DNA of 64,000 bases from Mobula hypostoma. Lineage: Eukaryota. Location of the stretch: positions 68,450,001 through 68,514,000 of the forward strand of contig NC_086108.1 in assembly GCF_963921235.1 (NCBI RefSeq), read 5' to 3'. The notes beneath the pieces were generated by a model that was not told the DNA's origin, ran no database searches, and worked only from the letters and a program-made list of their open reading frames with translations. Shown piece after piece: positions 11,760 through 24,514 of the stretch. Each line of letters opens with the position of its first letter. Position 1 is the first letter of the stretch. The position numbers were made by a program, and so were the translations under genes.

Positions 11760-14700
11760 GCGTCACGGTTAGGAGGGGGAAGGGGAAGAGTCAGGTAATA
11801 GAGAGTACCCCGGTGGCTGTGCCCCTTAACAATAGGTACTCCTGTTTGAGTAGTGTTGGGGGGGACAGCTTACCCGGGGGAAGCGACAGTGGCCGTGCCT
11901 CCGGCACAGAGTCTGGCCCTGTAGCTCAGAAGGGTAGGGCAAGGAAGAGGAGGGCAGTTGTGATAGGGGACTCGATAGTAAGGGGGTCAGATAGGCGATT
12001 CTGTGGACGCAGTCCGGAGACCCGGATGGTAGTTTGCCTCCCTGGTGCCAGGGTCCGGGATATTTCTGATCATGTCCAAGATATCCTGAAGTGAGAGGGT
12101 GAGGAGCCAGAGGTCGTGGTACATATAGGTACCAATGACATAGGTAGGAAAAGGGATGAGGTCCTGAAAGGAAAATATAGGGAGCTAGGAAGGGAGTTGA
12201 GAAAAAGGACCACAAAGGTAGTAATCTCAGGATTACTGCCTGTGCCACGCGACAGTGAGAGTAGGAATGCGATGAGATGGAGGATAAATGCGTGGCTGAG
12301 GGATTGGAGCAGGGGGCAGGGATTCAAGTTTTTGGATTATTGGGACCTCTTTTGGCGCAGGTGTGACCTGTACAAAAAGGACGGGTTACACTTGAATCCT
12401 AGGGGGACCAATATCCTGGCAGGGAGATTAGCGAGGGCTACTGAGGAGACTTTAAACTAGAATGGTTGGGGGATGGGAATCAAATTAAAGAGGCTAGGCG
12501 TGAGGAGGTTAGTTCACAACAGGGGGATGGGAACCAGTGCAGAGAGACAGAGGGGTGTAAAGTGAGGGTAGAAGCAAAAAATACTAAGGAGAAAAGTAAA
12601 AGTGGCAGGCCGACAAATCCAGGGCAAGCATTAAAAAGGGTCACTTTTCAACATAGTTGTATAAGGGCTAAGAGAGTTGTAAAAGAGCGCCTGAAGGCTT
12701 TGTGTGTCAATGCAAGGTGCATTCGTAATAAGGTGGATGAATTGAAAGTGCAGATTGTTATTAATGATTATGATATAGTTGGGATCACAGAGACATGGCT
12801 CCAGGGTGACCAAGGATGGGAGCTCAACGTTCAGGGATATTCAATATTCAGGAGGGATAGACATGAAGGAAGGGGAGGTGGGGTGGCGTTGCTGGTTAAT
12901 GAAGAGATTAATGCAATAGAAAGAAAGGACATAAGCCGGGAAGATGTGGAATCGATATGGGTAGAGCTGCGTAACACTAAGGGGCGGAAGACGCTGGTGG
13001 GAGTTGTGTACAGGCCACCTAACAGTAGTAGTGAGGTCGGAGATGGTATTAAACAGGAAATTAGAAATGTGTGCAATAAAGGAACAGCAGTTATAATGGG
13101 TGACTTCAATCTACATGTAGATTGGGTGAACCAAATTGGTAAAGGTGCTGAGGAAGAGGATTTCTTGGAATGTATGTGGGATGGTTTTTTGAACCAACAT
13201 GTCGAGGAACCAACTAGAGAGCAGGCTATTCTGGACTGGGTTTTGAGCAATGAGGAAGGGTTAATTAGCAATCTTGTCGTGAGAGGCCCCTTGGGTAAGA
13301 GTGACCATAATATGGTGGAATTCTTCATTAAGATGGAGAGTGGCATAGTTAATTCAGAAACAAAGGTTCTGAACTTAAAGAGGGGTAACTTTGAAGGTAT
13401 GAGACGTGAATTAGCTAAGATAGACTGGCAAATGACACTTAAAGGATTGACGGTGGATATGCAATGGCAAGCATTTATAGGTTGCATGGATGAACTACAA
13501 CAATTGTTCATCCCAGTTTGGCAAAAGAATAAATCAAGGAAGGTAGTGCACCCGTGGCTGACAAGAGAAATTAGGGATAGTATCAATTCCAAAGAAGAAG
13601 CATACAAATTAGCCAGAGAAAGTGGCTCACCTGAGGACTGGGAGAAATTCAGAGTTCAGCAGAGGAGGACAAAGGGCTTAATTAGGAAGGGGAAAAAAGA
13701 TTATGAGAGAAAACTGGCAGGGAACATAAAAACTGACTGTAAAAGCTTTTATAGATATGTAAAAAGGAGAAGACTGGTAAAGACAAATGTAGGTCCCCTA
13801 CAGACAGAAACAGGTGAATTGATTATGGGGAGCAAGGACATGGCAGACCAATTGAATAATTACTTTGGTTCTGTCTTCACTAAGGAGGACATAAATAATC
13901 TTCCAGAAATAGTAGGGGACAGAGGGTTCAGTGAGATGGAGGAACTGAGTGAAATACATGTTAGTAGGGAAGTGGTGTTAGGTAAATTGAAGGGATTGAA
14001 GGCAGATAAATCCCCAGGGCCAGATGGTCTGCATCCTAGAGTGCTTAAGGAAGTAGCCCAAGAAATAGTGGATGCATTAGTGATAATTTTTCAAAACTCG
14101 TTAGATTCTGGACTAGCTCCTGAGGATTGGAGGGTGGCTAATGTAACCCCACTTTTTAAAAAAGGAGGGAGAGAGAAACCGGGGAATTATAGACCGGTTA
14201 GCCTAACGTCGGTGGTGGGGAAACTGCTGGAGTCAGTTATCAAAGATGTGATAACAGCACATTTGGAAAGCGGTGAAATGATCGGACAAAGTCAGCATGG
14301 ATTTGTGAAAGGAAAATCATGTCTGACGAATCTCATAGAATATTTTGAGGATGTAACTAGTAGAGTGGATAGGGGAGAACCAGTGGATGTGGTATATTTG
14401 GATTTTCAAAAGGCTTTTGACAAGGTCCCACACAGGAGATTAGTGTGCAAACTTAAAGCACACGGTATGGGGGTAAGGTATTGATGTGGATGGAGAATTG
14501 GTTAGCAGACAGGAAGCAAAGAGTGGGAATAAACGGGACCTTTTCAGAATGGCAGGCGGTGACTAGTGGGGTACCGCAAGGCTCAGTGCTGGGACCCCAG
14601 TTGTTTACAATATATATTAATGACTTGGATGAGGGAATTAAATGCAGCATCTCCAAGTTTGCGGATGACACGAAGCTGGGTGGCAGTGTTAGCTGTGAGG

Positions 14701-15585
14701 AGGATGCTAAGAGGATGCAGAGTGACTTGGATAGGTTGGGTGAGTGGGCAAATTCATGGCAGATGCAATTTAATGTGGATAAATGTGAAGTTATCCACTT
14801 TGGTGGCAAAAATAGGAAAACAGATTATTATCTGAATGGTGGCCGATTAGGAAAAGGGGAGGTGCAACGAGATCTGGGTGTCATTATACACCAGTCATTG
14901 AAAGTGGGCATGCAGGTACAGCAGGCGGTGAAAAAGGCGAATGGTATGCTGGCATTTATAGCGAGAGGATTCGAGTACAGGAGCAGGGAGGTACTACTGC
15001 AGTTGTACAAGGCCTTGGTGAGACCACACCTGGAGTATTGTGTGCAGTTTTGGTCCCCTAATCTGAGGAAAGACATCCTTGCCATAGAGGGAGTACAAAG
15101 AAGGCTCACCAGATTGATTCCTGGGATGGCAGGACTTTCATATGAAGAAAGACTGGATGAACTGGGCTTATACTCGTTGGAATTTAGAAGATTGAGGGGG
15201 GATCTGATTGAAACGTATAAAATCCTAAAGGGATTGGACAGGCTAGATGCAGGAAGATTGTTCCCGATGTTGGGGAAGTCCAGAACAAGGGGTCACAGTT
15301 TGAGGATAAAGGGGAAGCCTTTTAGGACCGAGATTAGGAAAAACTTCTTCACACAGAGAGTGGTGAATCTGTGGAATTCTCTGCCACAGGAAACAGTTGA
15401 GGCCAGTTCATTGGCTATATTTAAGAGGGAGTTAGATATGGCCCTTGTGGCTATGGGGATCAGCGGGTATGGAGGGAAGGCTGGGGCGGGGTTCTGAGTT
15501 GGATGATCAGCCATGATCATAATAAATGGTGGTGCAGGCTCGAAGGGCCGAATGGCCTACTCCTGCACCTATTTTCTATGTTTCT
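11760..15585 (+). mobile_element. Near-full-length young CR1 LINE (ORF1 SGNH esterase plus ORF2 APE-RT)
   Basis: ORF1 motifs IGDSIVRG, HIGTND and DGLHLN, with one premature TGA (12092-12094). ORF2 has APE motifs (GITETW, MGDFN, SDHN) and RT motifs (DFQKAFD, GVPQGSVLGP, FADD), with a single -1 frameshift near 14468. 3' tail TTTTCTATGTTTCTA. Confidence 0.95.
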
Positions 15586-15598
15586 ATAAATTCCTCCA

Positions 15599-15750
15599 AC
15601 ACACATCAAAGTTGCTGGTGAACGCAGCAGGCCAGGCAGCATCTCTAGGAAGAGGTACAGTTGACGTTTCAGGCCGAGGCCCTTCGTCAGGACTCACAGA
15701 TGTGTATTGCTTGAACTTCCAGCATCTGCAGAATTCCTGCTGTTTGCGTT
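15599..15750. mobile_element. Short PLE terminal-repeat insertion with an internal inversion and 14-bp TSD; hammerhead motif on the minus strand
   Basis: TATAAATTCCTCCA occurs at 15585-15598 and 15751-15764. The minus strand of 15658-15695 reads GAGTC-CTGACGA-AGGGCCTCGGCCT-GAAACGTC-AACTG. Confidence 0.8.
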
Positions 15751-16394
15751 TATAAATTCCTCCACACACATTCTCCCATCAAAACCACACCAGACTTCTA
15801 AGTCTGTGTGTTTACTCTACCACTGTATGTCTAGGCCCCATGATCTTGAATTCCCTTCCACACTTCTCTTCTCAAATCAAGTTTCTGCTCACCTGTTTCT
15901 TTCCATAGCTTGCTACTTAGTTTACCTAATTACACTTAAAGTGTTTCTGGGGGTAAAAGAAACATATTTTTGTTTCAGGCATGAGGTTACAGAGTATACT
16001 GCACAAATACCTTGCTTTAGGAGATGAATTCTATTGATGTAATAGTAACAAATCTGAGTGTAGTTTAAATTTTAACTGCAATATACTGTATATTTATGTA
16101 CGTATTGATTTGAAGACAGTCAATGAAAATGATTCATCAGGGTGCCTCTTTGCAGAAGAAAATTGAATAAAATGTCCAACAAACCAGAGAGGAAAAAAAT
16201 TATATCCTTCAATCCAGGACCTTGTGGCAAAGATATTTCTGTCTAACTTTAAGGTCTATTCTAAGCTCTTAGCTCATTTGTTGTTTTTAACTCCTTTATT
16301 TTGGTGTTATGAATCAGTGTGTTCACCCACAATAGACAATTAAAGTACTTTAGATCCTAAGATACGGTCCCAAGATAAGATCAAATATATACCG

Positions 16395-16616
16395 TGGGGT
16401 GGCACAACAGCGCTGCGGTTAGCATGATGCTTTTCAATGCCAGTAATGGGAATTCAGTTCCCAGCACTCTCTCTGAGGAGTTTGTACATTGTTCCATGGC
16501 TGTATGGATTTCCTCCATGTGCTCCAGTTTCCTCCCACATCACCAAAAACGTCACAGCTTGCGGTAGTATGTTGTGGGCGTGCTGTGTTGCCGCTGGCAG
16601 CATGGCGATACTCGCT
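16395..16616 (+). mobile_element. tRNA-derived HE1/V-SINE-like element, degenerate
   Basis: GGTGGCAC...GCGGTTAGC head and the V-domain-like core ggagtttgtacatt...gtgctccagtttcctcccacat. Related copies lie near 29017-29180 (+) and 55630-55790 (-). Confidence 0.6.
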
Positions 16617-16865
16617 ACTGTAGTCCTATGTAAGCAGAATAGGGAATTGTTAAATAAGGCTTTGCAGAGCATTTGCACACGTTGTAATATTTGCATAATT
16701 AGCAAATTTTTGGATCACATTCCACACAAAAGGCAGATGTTCCACTGTTCCCAGATCACTGAATGCCTGCAGTACGCTTGTGTTTCCAGTTACAGGAAGC
16801 TATGCTGCAGCACAGGGCCTTTCACAGCAGGAGTGGTATTCTGCACTATTCTCCAACCTTTCATA

Positions 16866-19800
16866 ATTCCATAAGGCATGGGACCAGAATTAGGCCATTC
16901 AGCCTGTTGAGTCTTCTCGGCCATTTCTTCATGGTGGAGCAGACTCGATTATTATCTCCTTCAACCCCAATGTCCTGCCTTCCCTCTATAACCTTTGATG
17001 CCCTGACTAATCAAGAGACTATCAACCTCCACTTTAAATATACCTAATGACTTGGTCTCCACAGCCATCTCTGGCAATGAATTTCACAAGCTGGCTACCC
17101 TCTGGCTCAATAAATTGCTCATCATCTATGTTTTAAATGGATTCTGAGGCTGTGTCCTCTGTGCTAGACCCCCCCCCCCCACCAGGAAACATCTTCTCCA
17201 TGTCCAGTCTATCTAAGCCTTTCAATATTCAATAGGTTTCCATGAGATTTCTGCAACCACCACCCCCGCCGTTCTTCTAAACTACAGTGAGTGTAGGCCC
17301 AGAGCCATCAAACACTCCTCATATGTTAACCCGTTAATTCCCAGAATCATTCTCATGAATCTCCTCTGGGCCTTCTCCAATGGCAGTACATGATAGATAT
17401 GGGAGCCCAAATGTGTTCTTATACAATTGACGTCAGAAGTTTACATACACCTTAGCCAAATACATTTAAACTCAGTTTTTTACAATTCCTGACATTTAAT
17501 CCTAGAAAATATTCCCAGTCTTAGGTCAGTTAGGATCACTACTTTATTTTAAGAATGTGAAACGTCAGAATAATAGTAGAGAGAATGATTTATTTCAGCT
17601 TTTATTTCTTTCATCACTTTCCCAGTTGGTCAGAAGTTTACATACACTTTGTTAGTATTTGGTAGCATTGCCTTTAAATTGTTTAACTTGGGTCAAATGT
17701 TTTGGATAGCCTTCCACAAGCGTCTCACAATAAGTTGCTGGAATTTTGTTCCATTTCTCCAGACAGAACTGGTGTAACTGAGTCAGGTTTGTAGGCCTCC
17801 TTGCTCGCACATGTTTTTTCAGTTCTGCCCACAAATTTTCTATCGGATTGAGGTCAGAGCTTTGTGATGGCCACTTCAATACCTTGACTTTATTGTCCTT
17901 AAGTAATTTTGCCACAACTTTGGAGGTATGCTTGGGGTCATTGTCCATTTAGAAGACCCATTTGCGACCAGGCTTTAACTTCCTGGCTGATGTCTTGAGA
18001 TGTTGCTTCAATATATCCACATAATTTTCCTTCCTCATGATGCTGCCACCCCCATGCTTCATGTTGGGATGGTGTTCTTTGGCTTGCAAGCCTCGCTCTT
18101 TTTCCTCCAAACATAAGGATGGTCGTTATGGTCAAACAGCTCAATTTTTGTTTCATCAAACCAGAGGACATTTCTCCAAAAAGTAAGATCTTTGTCCCCA
18201 TGTGCACTTGCAAACTGTAATCTGGCTTTTTTTATGGCAGCCTTTCAGGTTATGTCGATATAGGACTCGTTTTACTGAGAATATAGATACTTGTCTACCT
18301 GTTTCCTCCAGCATCTTCACAAGGTCCTTCGCTGTTGTTCTGGGATTGATTTGCACTTTTCGCACCAAAGTACATTCATCTCTAGGAGACAGAATGCGTC
18401 TCCTTCCTGAGCGGTATGACGGCTGCATGGTACCTTAAGGCATTTGGAAGTTGCTCCCAAGGATGAACCAGACTTGACATCACAAAGCCCTGACCTCAAT
18501 CCAATTGAAAATTTGTGGGCAGAACTGAAAAAGCGTGTGCGAGCAAGGAGGCCTACAAACGTGAGTCAGTTACACCAGTTCTGTCCGGAGGAATGGAACA
18601 AAATCCCAGCCACTTACTGTGAGACCCTTGTGGAAGACTACCCAAAACGTTTGATCCAAGTTAAACAATTTAAAGGCAATGCTACCAAATACTAACAAAG
18701 TGTATGTAAACTTCTGACCCACTGGGAAAGTGGTGAAAGAAATAAAAGCTGAAATAAATCATTCTCCCTACTATTATTCTGACATTTCACATTCTTAAAA
18801 TAGTGATCCTAACTGACCTAAGACAGGGAATGTTTTCTAGGATTAAGTGTCAGGAATTGTGAAAAACTGAGTTTAAATGTATTTGGCTAAGGTGTATGTA
18901 AACTTCTGACTTCAAATGTATGTGGTCTGGTCAATGCCTTATAAATCTGCAGCATTAAATCCTTGCTTTTATATTCTAGTCCTCTTAAAATGAATGCTGA
19001 CATTGTATTTGCTTTCCTCACTACCGATTCAACTTGCAAGTTAATTTTTAGGGAACACAAGGACTCCCAAGTCCCTTTGCACTTCTGATTTTTCAGTTTT
19101 CTTCCCACTTAGAAAATAGTTCACGTCTTCATTTCTTCTACCAAAATTCATAACTATACACTTCCTTACACTGTTTTCCACCGACCACTTCTTACCCATT
19201 CTTCTAATCTGTCTCAGTCTTTCTGTGGATTCCGTGTCCTCAACACTATCTGCCCCTCCACCTATCTTCATATCATCCACAAACTTGGCCACAATTCCGT
19301 CATCCAAATCATTGGCCTATAATGTGAAAGCAGTGGTTCCAACACTGACACCTACGAAACCTCACTCGTCATCGGCAGTCAACTAGAAAAGGCTCCCTTT
19401 ATTCCAACCCTTTGCCTCCTACCAGTCAGCCATTTGTCTATCTATTCTAGTATATTTCCTGTGATCCCATATGTTCTTACCTTGTTCAGCAACCTTATGT
19501 GTGTCAGTTTGTCAAAGGCCTTCAGAAAATCCAAGTACATAACATTCACTGACTCTCGTTTGTCTATTCTGCTTGTATTTCCTCAAAGTATTTCAACAAA
19601 TTTGTAAGGCAAGATTTCCCTAAAGGAAACCATGCTGAGTTTGGCCTGTTTCATCATGTGCCTCCAAGTACACTGAAACCTCAACCTTAATAATGAACTC
19701 CAACATCTTTTCCCAACCAGAGATCAAGCTGAATGGCCTATAATCTCCTTTCTTCTGTCTTCCTCCCCTCTTAAGAGTAGAGTGAAATTTGCTATTTTCC

Positions 19801-20625
19801 AGTCCTCCAGAAACATTCCCAGAATCTAGCAATTCTTGAAAGATCATTGCTAATGTCTCCACAATCTCTTCAGCTACCTCTTTCAGAACCCTGGGGTGTA
19901 GTCCATCTGGTCCAGTGGCTTATCTAGCTTCAAACCATTCAGCTTCCCAAGCATTTTTTCCTTAGTAATGGCAACTACACTCATTTCTGCCCTCTGGCAT
20001 TCTTGAAATTCTGGCTTAATGCTAGTGTCTTCCACAATGAAAACTGATACAGAATACGTACTAAATTCATCCATCATTTCTTTGTCACCTATTACCGCCT
20101 CTTCAGCATCATTTTCCAGCTGACTGATATCCACTCTCACCTCTCTTTTATCTTATATATGGAAAAACACTTTTGGTACTCTCTTTTATATTATTAGCTA
20201 GCTTACCTTCATATTTCAGCTTTTATCTCCTTATGTCCTTGTTAGTTGCCTTCTGTTGATTTTTAAAAACTCCTCCATCCTCCAGCTTCCCACTGATTTT
20301 TGCTGTATTATATTCCCTCTTATTTGCTTTTATGCTGTCGTTGATTTCCCTTGTCAGCCACAGTTGTGTTAACCACCCTTTAGGATACTTCTTCATCTTT
20401 AGGATGTATTTATCTTGCACCTTCCATATTGATCCCAGAAACACTCCAGTCATTGCTCTTATGCTGTCATCCCTGCTGGTGTTCCCTTCCAGTTAACTTT
20501 AGCCAACTCATCTCTCATGCCTTTGTAATTCCCTCTACTCTGCAGAAATGCTGATACATCTGACTTTAGTTTCTCCCTCTCAAACCTGTAGAGTGAATTC
20601 TATCATATGATCACTGCCTCCGCCA
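16866..20625 (-). mobile_element. Older CR1 LINE (ORF2 remnant) interrupted by a Tc1 element
   Basis: Minus-strand fragments VAKFVDDMKIGG, EVQRDLGVLV, LAMIFQELLDSG, QTQHGFL and WLTREINDSIK. CR1 3' tail near 16870. Confidence 0.85.
17424..18918 (-). mobile_element. Sleeping Beauty-like (IR/DR) Tc1 transposon, rearranged foldback derivative
   Basis: TA flanks at 17422-17423 and 18919-18920. Termini CAATTGACGTCAGAAGTTTACATACAC and GTGTATGTAAACTTCTGACTTCAAATG. Transposase fragments DNDPKHTSKVVAK, WPSQSSDLNPIENLWAELKK and KQFKGNATKY. Arms 17424-17869 and 18478-18918 are inverted copies. Confidence 0.93.
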
Positions 20626-20990
20626 TTTCTCTGTTTCCATCCCCATTTTGGTTACCCTCTCAACTATTCTCGTTTCCTCAACTGGCCATCAACTCCTTCT
20701 AGTTCCGCTCCTCCTTCCCTATCTTCCCTTCCATGATCCACTGTCCTCACCTATTAGATCCCTTCTTCTTTAACCCTTTACCTTTTCCACCTTCCCCTTC
20801 CAGATTCTTACTTCATTCCCCCTCCTCCATGCAGCCATCTTCCCTTCATATGTTTTCACCTAGCACCTGCCAGCTTGTACTCCTTCCCTTCCCCCCCCCC
20901 AAACTTTTTATTCTAGCTTCTGCTCTCTTTCTTTCCAATCCTGATGAAGGGTCTCGGCCCAAAACGTCGACTGTTTATTCCCCTCCATAA
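20625..20990 (+). mobile_element. Older PLE terminal repeat with a degenerate hammerhead motif
   Basis: Pyrimidine-rich PLE repeat ending CAATC-CTGATGA-AGGGTCTCGGCCC-AAAACGTC-GACTG (G12 changed to A). Confidence 0.7.
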
Positions 20991-22099
20991 AGGTTTTTCT
21001 CAGTTCTTTTGAACAGGACAGAGATGATGGTCCTAGACATGAAAGAAAAAAGTTCGCCTGGAAAAGGAAGCAATTATACCAGTTGGTTTAATACCTGCTG
21101 AAGTAAAATGATTGGTGAGTGGGTTTCCAGCCTGCCATCTTCTTTTGGGGTTTGGACAACTCCAGGAACAGAGAATGCAAGCTGACAGAAAAATATCCAG
21201 CCTCTGTAAAATTATTGAAAACTTAACCATTTGCCATTCTGGCTATGGATTCTGTTGAGGAACCTGATATTTCTTTAGGGTGACGGGTGGACTGATTGGA
21301 ATTGGACTTTTAAGTTGTCACATATTCTCTACAATCTGCTGTCCTAGTGAATAATGAATGCAGTGAGCCTTTGCTCATTCATCATCCTCTTCAGTACCTG
21401 CCTTTGACTATCGACGGCAGCTGGATCAGACTGTAGCAACAGCAGCCAAGCTGCAGTGGTTTCCAGATGGACTGTGTGAGTCAAGCACATAAAGTCAGTA
21501 CCAGCTTCACATGAAAAGTAAGCTTGAGCAAAACCAAACTTTTAATACTGGAGATAAGCAGTCAATTTAGGAAATTTGCTTATAAGAAAAGAAACTTCAT
21601 TTGCTTATTGAGAAAATGGTAAATGGAATAGTGTAGACAATTAAATTTATTATTATTAATAAATTTAGCATTTCAGTCTCTACTCTGATTTTACAAAAGC
21701 TTCCAGTCTCCATTGTCAGCAATGTAGTTAATATGGAACCTGACTAAGTGTTTTCTGTGTTTATTTTTAAACAAGATGGGAGGAATGATGCTAGTATGCC
21801 TCCAGGCATCTGAAAGTCAGTACCAGTAGTCTTACAGTATGATTACAGATACTACATTTCTTGCTCAGTTCTCTAGCTTGCCTTTCCTGGCAATTGTCAT
21901 GTAACGTTGCTGGAAAGTTCATGTATTGGAATAGTTGGATGCCATAGAACATAAGCATTGAGTTGCATTTGCAGTATGTACCATATGTGAATCTTGTCTG
22001 TGAAAACAAACTATTTGAATATTAACCGAGTTGTCACTTTTCCCACTCACTGTACTGTGAAAGCTTCTACGAGTATGTAAGAAGTAAAAGATTAGTGAA

Positions 22100-22930
22100 G
22101 ACAAATGTAAGTGCCTTGCAGCCAAAAATGGGTGAATTTATAATGGGAAACAAAGAAATGCAGAGCAACTCAATCAATACAGACTATCCCTGGACTTACA
22201 CACACTGGTACATTTGAACACACTCTCATAATAATACTAAATACAGAAGTTTGGCATACAGCATCTGCTGTTATACGTTTATTCTTATGAGCAGCAGACC
22301 TAGTCTCTTCTCTCCATGTTTTGTAATTGTTCTCTCTTATCATTCTTACAAATTTTATGCCATTTATTATAATACTGTGGAGATGTGGTTACCATATCGA
22401 GTTATTTTTGAATATTTTCTGACTTGCAGGCAACAATGGCTTCAGGATGTTTCTAAAACTGGAACTCATTCATAATACTGGAAGATTGATTCCATCCTCT
22501 CAAGAGGACACAACTTCCTAGAAATACTGGGGATTCAAGAGTATAATTAAAAGGAATTAAAGGAAATTTGTTTTAAATAAAATGTGATAAAGAAAGTAAT
22601 GGAATAGAAAGCCAATAGATCCCCAGGGCATTTGAGAGTAGAAAAGTGGTAGGCATTAAAATTGTGGACGCATCCATTGTAATCTTCCAAAGTTGAACTG
22701 GGATCATGTGGTGAACTCGTGTAATTCTCTGCCACAGAAAGTATTGGAAGCCAATTTGTTGAATGTTCTTTGCAGAATACACTTAAGGAGGTAGGTAGAT
22801 TTTAAAATACTAAACACTTTCAAGTGGATAGGGTGAGAGTACCAATGTGGTGTTGAGGCACCCATGATAAAATTGAATAGTGGAGCAGACTGAAAAGGCT
22901 AAATGGCCTATTCCTGCTTGCATTTTTCTA
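22100..22930 (+). mobile_element. Highly decayed CR1 fragments
   Basis: Patches such as gggtgaatttataatgggaaacaaagaaatg, gtggtgaactcgtgtaattctctgccacag and the tail aaatggcctattcctgcttgcatttttcta. Confidence 0.55.
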
Positions 22931-24475
22931 TTTCAAAAAAAAAACAATCATATTGTCAAAAGCATACTGGAAAAGGGACACCAATTAGTGCTGAATGTAA
23001 ATCTCATACATTCTTTGCTGAGACTCCTTAATGGACTGTGTCCTCCAGGAAAGAAAATATTCCCTTTAATTGTTAAAAAGAGCCAATATCAAAATGTAAA
23101 CCATTCTGTTAACTTTGAGAAGTATTTACAAATCATGGTCCTGAAAGGTGTGGTTGCAAGTATTCTAGAAAACAAACTTTCCTTACACATCATGAATGCT
23201 GATTATGCCACCTACAAGCTGCCTTCTTTAGAAGTTTGTTAGGTGCTAAAAGTACTGTTCCAACAGTTCAACAATAACTTGCATTTATAAAATACTTTTA
23301 GCATAGCAAAAACTTGCTTCTCATCAGGATCTTGCAAAATTTGTTTGCAAGGTACTTAGAAAAGTGGAATGAGGGGGTCATAAACATGAGGAAGTCTGCA
23401 GATGCTGGAAATCCAAAGCGACACACACAAAATGCTGGAATACAGGTAACAGATAAGGAAAAAGCGTAGCTGCAAGTAAGATGAAGTGGCAGAATCATGC
23501 AATGCTCTATGGAAATGGGCGTCTTGGAATAGGATGTGACATCAGTGATATATACATAAAAATCTGGTTTGGTTTCAGATACCAGAAAGCCTGATAATCC
23601 ATAGCCAGAAGGTGAATAACATAAAAGGGCATGCAAGAGTACTAAAGCCTTAAGCATGCACTGCTGCATTCACAGCTTATTCACTATTTCCAGGTCTAAA
23701 CCCTGGAACTTAATACTGATGTAAGAGTACCTTCATCAAAAGGGCTACAACAATCATAAAGATAGTTCACCATTACTATCTTAAGAGCAATTAGGAGATG
23801 TCAGAGTTAAAAATAAGTTTTCAGTGGAAGAATCAATTGCAGATGATTCTATGCTTAAAACTAAATAGAAAAGAAAATCAAATAACTGCAAGTGGTGGAA
23901 GTCTAAAATAAAAACCGAGCCTGCTAGAAACGCTCATCAGGTCAGGCATCATTTGTGGAGAGAGAAAAGAATCTTCCAAACTGGAGAACAGAAGTGTTTA
24001 ACACAGCGACAAAGCTAAAAATTTGACTAGAAGTATTTAGGCGAGCAGCTACTGGAAAAATGAATGTGAATTGAGTTGCTACAACAACTTTAATAGGCTG
24101 CAAAGGCATAGGTAGGAATTTACAGAGTTTATTTTGTGAGAAGTTGACTTGCATCTTTCCTGAGATCATCTAACATGGGACAAAGATCACTTTGTATCAG
24201 CCAATGATCATTTAAGTACAATCCGGTTCAAATGAAAACATTAGTGTTTTATTGTAAAATTTCAAATGTACCTAGTATTTAGGCTTTAGTGCTATTTATA
24301 AAATAGAAATTGGTCCAACTGCACAGAATTGAAAATCTGACTGGGGCAGAAGTGGTTAATAGGTTGTGCTTTGGTAGTTCTAGATTTCTTGCTTAAACTG
24401 GACCATTTAGCAGGCGTTCCATTGAATGAGTTGCCATCTGTGAAACATTAACCCAAGGACTCCTTCTCTTTTCAG

Positions 24476-24514
24476 ACTGGACAATTTGCTTAATATGGCC
24501 TATGGTGTAAAGAG
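24476..24514 (+). CDS. ELAVL4: ELAVL4 39-nt hinge cassette exon (LDNLLNMAYGVKR)
   Basis: tccttctcttttcag|A CTG GAC AAT TTG CTT AAT ATG GCC TAT GGT GTA AAG AG|gtaatt. Symmetric phase 2; the peptide is the known neuronal Hu hinge exon. Confidence 0.95.

Noticed and set aside
12831..13607. 258-aa minus-strand ORF and similar antisense ORFs over CR1 and PLE copies
   Set aside because: Shadow frames of LINE coding sequence or of repeat termini; the recurring MLVNAAGQAAS peptides are the PLE terminal repeat.
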